From NCBI GenBank assembly GCA_040954595.2, contig CM082576.2, positions 4,376,760 through 4,440,759 of the forward strand: 64,000 nt of DNA, given 5' to 3'. The DNA is from Balanoglossus misakiensis (lineage: Eukaryota > Animalia > Hemichordata). This document shows, piece by piece, positions 23,511-64,000 of this stretch (its first letter is position 1; each line of letters starts with the position of its first letter). The notes under the pieces were generated by a model. The model worked only from the letters and a program-made list of their open reading frames with translations, did not search any database and was not told where the DNA came from. Both the position numbers and the translations under genes were made by a program.

Positions 23511-24203
23511 TTATAGGCTATTAAACAGTCAAATTACATCTTCATCCTCTGAGGACATTAGAATGGGCATGGTGGTATTTATACAATTGATGCGTGTAGA
23601 ATCCAAAGGCGCAGAGCCAAATCAGGACAGTGACATCATTAGGTGATACTCCAACCGCATATTCTACATTAAGTAAAATTGGGGTTGGGTATAACACGCT
23701 TGAGTCAACTTGGTACTTTATTGCATGATTTTTTGAAGACTTGTAGTCTCCTTTACCATAATGATCAGTGGGAGTGAATATGTTCGAGGATATGTAAGTC
23801 CACGTTGTATTTAAAATACAATCGTACCCCCCAATCGAGGCCTACCCTTTGATTCCATGTGCTGCAGGCACTTGCAAAGGCGTGCGCGTCGTGATAAAAA
23901 TGCTTCTCAACTCAAACAGAAGTAGTGCATGTAACGGGTGTGGGATTATATGCTGTTTAAAGAGGAAATGCTTTATTGCGAAACCGTTACAGGCATATAC
24001 GTGTATCTGTCAAATGCGGACAACGCCAACACACCAGATGCGTGATCATAAGCTTAGTTTAATAGACCTGGCACTCTGATTTCGTGTTCGCCCTCGGCAG
24101 AATTTCCTGGCACGTTTTTAAGGTCTTCCACGCTTCCCTGGCTCTCTGTTGACCGCTGAAAGGCTGAACTTGATATGGTTATCTGTCATGTAACACGGAA
24201 TCA

Positions 24204-24289
24204 CAGAGACAGAGGGAGAGAGAGAGGGAGAGAGAGAAAAAGAGAGAGGAGAGAAAAAGATAGGAGAGAGAGAGAGACAGACAGACAGA
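24204..24289. repeat. Imperfect (GA)n/(GACA)n microsatellite
   Basis: Direct reading. Confidence 0.85.
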
Positions 24290-25000
24290 TAAGCTTAGCG
24301 TCAGACAGGTATCACTGTCTTCAGCCATCAAACAAATTACTCGCGCCATAAGATACGAAAAAGGAAACTCGTCTCCGATTTTCACGATGTTTAATATCAA
24401 ACTTGGACGAGACCTTCTGTCGTCTATCCAAGCCCAAGTTCAATCATATCATCAATCAATCCGTCCCAGCATCACAGCCCGACCTGACGTCTCGTTGCAC
24501 TAATACACAGTTCACGACTTCACCCAGGTGCCGGGGATAAGCTTTGGGGTTTGCCGAAACCGAACGACCCACATTCTGATTTACTGAAGAGAGTCGTGAG
24601 ATAGTACCACACACTCTGAATCAACTTGGAGACAGTCGTGTGCTACGTATTACAGCAGATGTGGGCTATAGGCCGACATACACCATCTAGGGTGAATCCT
24701 TCTTTAGTGAATTATCCACCGTGATCTCTGCATCTATCCAATGCAGTCCACGCACTGCCCGCGGTCACACTGCACAGCCGGTCCAGCATATTAGTTTAGT
24801 TCAGAACGACAGTACACTGAAATTCTTTTGGCATTTCTACAATATCATGTTAAAAGGTGCCGCTGATAAAGATTTTTACTTTCAAGTCAATAGTTTGTCT
24901 GCTGTTTCTTTCCATCCCGTGGGTGTTGATAAATCGATTTCTGACAAGCCTTGGAAAATATTTTTAGGCCCAGTTGAAGTTGGAAGGCTTACATCCACTT

Positions 25001-25068
<68 letters not shown>
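25001..25068. repeat. (CAT)n microsatellite, about 22 units, ~440 bp upstream of the QC start codon
   Basis: Direct reading; explains the poly-His tail of spurious ORF 24721..25071. Confidence 0.95.
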
Positions 25069-25510
25069 TAAGCCTACCCAAGTTGCACACATTTGTACTT
25101 TGATTTTGTCATACTTAATGCTGTCAATCGTTAATGTTAGTGACGTACTTTAGAACGCATGAGTGCTGCAGTACTTGCGATCGACGTTTAAGTTGGCTCA
25201 ATGAACCAAAGCATATCATTTCAAAGACTTAATACCTTCCCACATCAATTCATTCTGGTCATTTCCTCTTATGTCCATAAACGCACCGTGCACCGTTCTC
25301 ACGTACGTTGTCAGCTCATATCATTCCGCCGGTCGTTCACGTCGATAATTTCTTCCGCGGGTGTTGTTCGGCACACTATAGTACTGTTAGTGGGCGGCGC
25401 CCTACACTCAAGTTTTACTCATTCATCGACGGGCGACGGCGTTCACGTTACTACGTTGGTGTATACAGGGCCGGGGACAGTTTCATCGTGAACTCCAGCC
25501 GGTTGCGGTT

Positions 25511-59448
<33,938 letters not shown>

Positions 59449-62400
59449 TACTTCAGTCAATTTTGTTTGAATTGTTGTTGTCCCTTGTAGCTGATGTGCG
59501 GGCAGCTCATTGGAAGTACCCATGTCATGTCATCTTTCGAAAACTCACTTTTCTTTTTTTGGAGACACGTACGATAAGACCAGGCGTTGATCGATCTGAT
59601 GCATATCAAATTACAAAAGATTGGCTCATGCGTAATTTTGAAATCAACTTCACTGAAAGCTTGCTTCTGCCCAATTTATTAAAAGTTTTCACTCGGCATT
59701 TTTCTTTATTTATCAACAAATTTCGCCGCCTTATAATTAATAAACTAGTACAGTGATCCTTAGTTTTAAATAAAATTTTAATTACTGAAACACTTGCTTT
59801 GTAGTTCCACTGTTCATTTTATGAATGAGTGAAAAAAATATATTTTTATATTGTGCACTTCATTCTAACACTGCCTGTGTAAGCACATTGTCATGGTTTC
59901 TAGTAAATGTTGAAAAAATAGGAAACAGTTTCAGTGACGGGAGATTGAAGCCTAAGAGATCACACTGAAATTGTAATGGAAGAATGTTTTAGTGATCGTA
60001 CCCTTGCACTGGTTTCTTAAAGTACATATGCGTAAAAACGTTTTTATTGGTATGACATTGTCAAATTTTACTTGCTGTGTTGGTTCTCAATGCAAATGGG
60101 AATCTTGCTTTTATCACACTCTGGCCGCCTGTTGACATTTACACATACGTTCTTCATGCATGTTTTGATCTTTAAGTTAATTTTTAAGTTTGTTTGTGCC
60201 AATAGGGAGAGAGGACCAGTACTGTTAAAATGACAATTCAGTTTTTAAACCCTAAGTGATGCTGTTGTAGACTTTTTTGTTGTCTCCTTTTCGGCCATAA
60301 TCAGAATAAAATAGACACTGAAATACGTGAAATTCAGGAATTTATCAGTGTACAGTACATGTAAATTGTAAATATACTAGAGAAATAAAGTTTGGTGAAG
60401 GTAATCTGTCTGCAAGTCTCTCTGTGTGTGTGTCTACTGATTTTTCAGAGTGATAGTGTCGTCTGCTGCATATATACAGAATGGTCCGGTCTAAAAAAAT
60501 TGGCACTCTTCATGTGCACTGTATCATCACTCACTGACACAGCCGTGCGAACAGGACAAAAAATGCGCATGTGCAGATCTTGGGATCAATAGTTTATGAA
60601 ACAGTAAGAACAAATATATCAATCTGTAGAGTTCAGAGCAGCCAAGGGGAAAGAGCATGCACACACACACAAGACACAAGGGTGGCTGAATACTGACTGA
60701 CCCGGTTTTATTCAATTCAATCATTTATATGGCAACACACAGGTGTAGTGCCACTAGCAGGTGTAATGGTATCATCATGTAAATATATTAGCATATGCAT
60801 AGTGTACAATACAACTTGTCATGCATTAGTCAGTGTGGGTGTTGTACAGAAAAGAGGTCACTACACAAACTGTCAACAAAGTTGCATCTCTGAGCGTGGT
60901 GGAGTTTGCTGCTTGTGTACAAGCACAGTCCCTCCTTGCATCTGTACATGTCGAGGCTGGAAGTCAAAGCTACATCTTTCCAAAATGGTCATAGGATATT
61001 GGTGTTTATTTGGACTGAATATTACAGTTTTGAAAGAAACCACAGGTTTGGTACATGATGGGATTCCGGACAAGGTGTTGGTAAGTTTATTTTATCTTCT
61101 CCTGTAAGCGTTATTTTTCATGACTAGAAACATGCGCACGGTATGATGCTTGCAAAAAAGTTGCATCGCTGGTTCAAGATTGGGTCAAACATTTGTTCAC
61201 CTACGGAGTGACGAACTCCCTTTGCATTGCATCTTGTACTTCGGATATATTTTCTAATTTGTCGTGAAAATTACTTGGTATCCGGGAATCTGCTGTGGTC
61301 AAGTTTTTGGCCATTCAAATACAAAATATCATTGCCATGTCGGTGAATTACATGTACATGCACTCGCTCTGAGCAGCTGTTTTGTTGACTTTTTATGGGA
61401 ATCCTTCTTAAAAATACCAACAAAGGGACTTTTTGCTCAAACTGTAGGTGGCGCTGTTTCAATTGCTGCATTGCATTGTGAGTTCTGTAAAATTCACTGT
61501 GGTTTCTATTTCATTACTTCAGCTATTAGGTCTATATCTTTAAAACAATTTTTTTTATAATTTATAAATCTTACTTCTAAAAGCATGATGTTGAGGTATT
61601 GGCAGGTGAATTTTTGTGGGCCATCTGTTGAAGGCCTTCAACAATGAAATATGACACCACAACATAAGAAGTTTCGTACGTTCCAAATCCCATTTTTATT
61701 GAAAGATAAACTGAAATTACAAATGGTGAAATTAATCATGACTGAAATTTGCAAACAATATAACGTTTGCTGTATATAAACGGTGATCATTGGAGTCTCG
61801 CGCTTTGGCGTTTTGGTTCTAGCTCTTGTACTTCATAAATGCTGGAATGATCATCTAAATTGTCTGAATGACTTCTGACCCCTAGAATCATAGCTGTACA
61901 CATTATTATTCATGTCATTATTGCACACTAGCTATTGTTTAAAAACACAAATAAAAAAAAATATGAATTGGCAAATATTTATTTGTAGGAGGCACCTTTT
62001 GCCTTCATCTGCTTAAACTTAACCAAGCATATCTACAAAACACAAACTAAAATCTTTAATGGCAGCATAAACATTGAAAAAAAAATGTGAACAGTCTATA
62101 CCACAAACTTTTCTCAAGGTGGATTTATACACAACATTCTCAGGAATGCATTTACACAAAGCAACTTGCTTTGTCCTAATATTAAAAAGATTGTACATAA
62201 TTTTCCCAGTATTTCTTTTTACATAGTAATAAGTTAGAGACCAGCGCATCAGTCATTGTCTATTCCTGTACAGGTTTTATTTAGATTGGTGAGAATAATT
62301 TACGTTTCTAAAAGTGTCAGCTACTGGTACATATTGTTGACTGCATAATTTAGAGAAGTAGAAAAAGGTAAATGCAATGAAATTTATAAGAGGATTCAAC

Positions 62401-64000
62401 AGTTCAGTTGTTGAATTTTAGATTAGGGGCTTAATTAAACAGTAGTAAAAGACTTTCAAGTGGTAAACATAATAAAAGGGTTGTTTACTGAAATAGACAA
62501 TGCCCCCCCCCAAAAAAAAACTGTTTCTGTATTGACTACATTTATGTTGACTAAGATAATCTACATAACATTATTTAAGTAATATCAGTACTTTTCTATG
62601 GGTAGCGACAGTCTTCTGAAGAATTCATGATAAAAAAAACTGTATAAAGAATTCAACATAGCATATTTATCAAAAATAAATAACTTCTGTAGCATACATA
62701 TCAATGTACAAAGTTTTCTGTATCTATTTTACATGCCAACACTGGATTAATTTACCTATTAAAATAACGTTCCGTCAGAAGACAGAATTTGACAAGCAGC
62801 TAGTAAACACCTGTTCGCAAATGACCGAACATTTAAAATATCACAGAGAAAAGTTGAAGGCAAGATGGTTGATTTTTTGTAAATTTCAAAACTAGTATAT
62901 TAAACAAAAAAAGGTTTTTCATAGACATGATTACAAGAAATTTCTAATATCGTTTTTGAGTTAAGCGACTTTTAAAAATGCGCAAGAAGCTTCCATTTAT
63001 AAAATAAGAATTACATGTCAGAAAATACACCATTATTTTAACATAGATTTTCTGATGTTTTGATTGGTGACAAATGTTGTGAAATAATATCTAGACACTG
63101 TTACAGGTTGAATGTGTTTAAACTACTGGTTGTTATACAAAAAGATAGAAATTTGTCAGAATAATACAGATTGCATGCTTGACTGACGATGTGATCTCTA
63201 CACATGAAAATTTTTATACATAAATTGTGGAAGTACAAATTTACAAATACCAGTTTGTATAAGTTGGCTTAATTGAGGGAATATTGGTAACTTCTAGGTA
63301 TCAAGCAGCACACACAGGTACAGATACAATCAGTTATCTGAAAAAAAAACAGAATTGGGGTCTACTTTTTGTGCTAGGCCACAAGCACCTGCCACATTGT
63401 CAGACGTGGTGGAAATAGGAAATGAATTGAAACGGCTCGCAAGTGCACAAAGGTGGTCGTATTTTGACCCTGAATGAACATACGGCTGTCAGACACACCA
63501 AATATACCCAAGTTCTATTAAACACAGAAATGGGGGAAAATAACCATGATTTCTATGAGCCATTTCAGTCTACAGACATCAAAACGATAGAACAAAAAAA
63601 TCTGGCATAATCTCATGACAGAAGAACTTGACCAGACAAACTCGCCATCAATATCAAAATCTTCAATAGGAATTCAAAATTTGAGGTTTTTTGTTTATGT
63701 AAATTGTGAGAGAAGATATTCTTCCCAGTAAAAGAATAGGAAAAAAAATAATGATATCGGTAATAATTTTCATGATTTTAGAGTTCCAGCTCTGGCTTAA
63801 TATACTAGTTATTTTTTTTAAAGCACCAGCCTATGTGTATGCTATTCATATTTAAACTATGGATGTGGATGGCAAATTCTTGGAATTCAATACTCTTGGT
63901 CACTCTCTGACCCTGGCGTAGTCTAGCACCATAGGAAAGGTCAAGACAAGTGCCATGACAACAGAAACTGTGTCAGCACCCACTGCCTTGACCTTTGACC

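Noticed and set aside
24721-25071. ORF ending in poly-His
   Set aside because: A (CAT)n microsatellite read in frame, with a non-ATG start.

Overview
Eukaryotic (animal, probably marine invertebrate) genomic DNA. It is AT-rich, has GT-AG introns, and shows no prokaryotic features. Gene content from left to right: (1) the last two coding exons of an unidentified + strand gene (896-1506); (2) a complete 9-exon NRDE2 gene (9019-16556, ~1349 aa); (3) a convergent, CpG-rich, single-coding-exon orphan gene on the - strand (17938-19287, 449 aa) flanked by RFX X-box motifs; (4) a glutaminyl-peptide cyclotransferase (QPCT/QPCTL family) gene (25511-59448). The QC gene appears to have two alternative phase-0 first coding exons, one encoding a signal peptide (25511-25594) and one a basic+hydrophobic anchor/presequence (48798-48935), and it carries unusual changes near the active site (DDH->DDQ, WHT->WHR). 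Intergenic DNA and the 24-kb QC intron 1 hold several non-autonomous DNA transposons with clear TIRs and TSDs: a Harbinger-type MITE, a MULE/foldback-type palindromic element, and a 4.6-kb Academ-type element with a tandemly amplified arm and a nested 9-bp-TSD MITE. There are also Penelope-like and other TE relics, a 277-bp tandem repeat and microsatellites. All calls come from manual reading and remembered family motifs; no searches were run.
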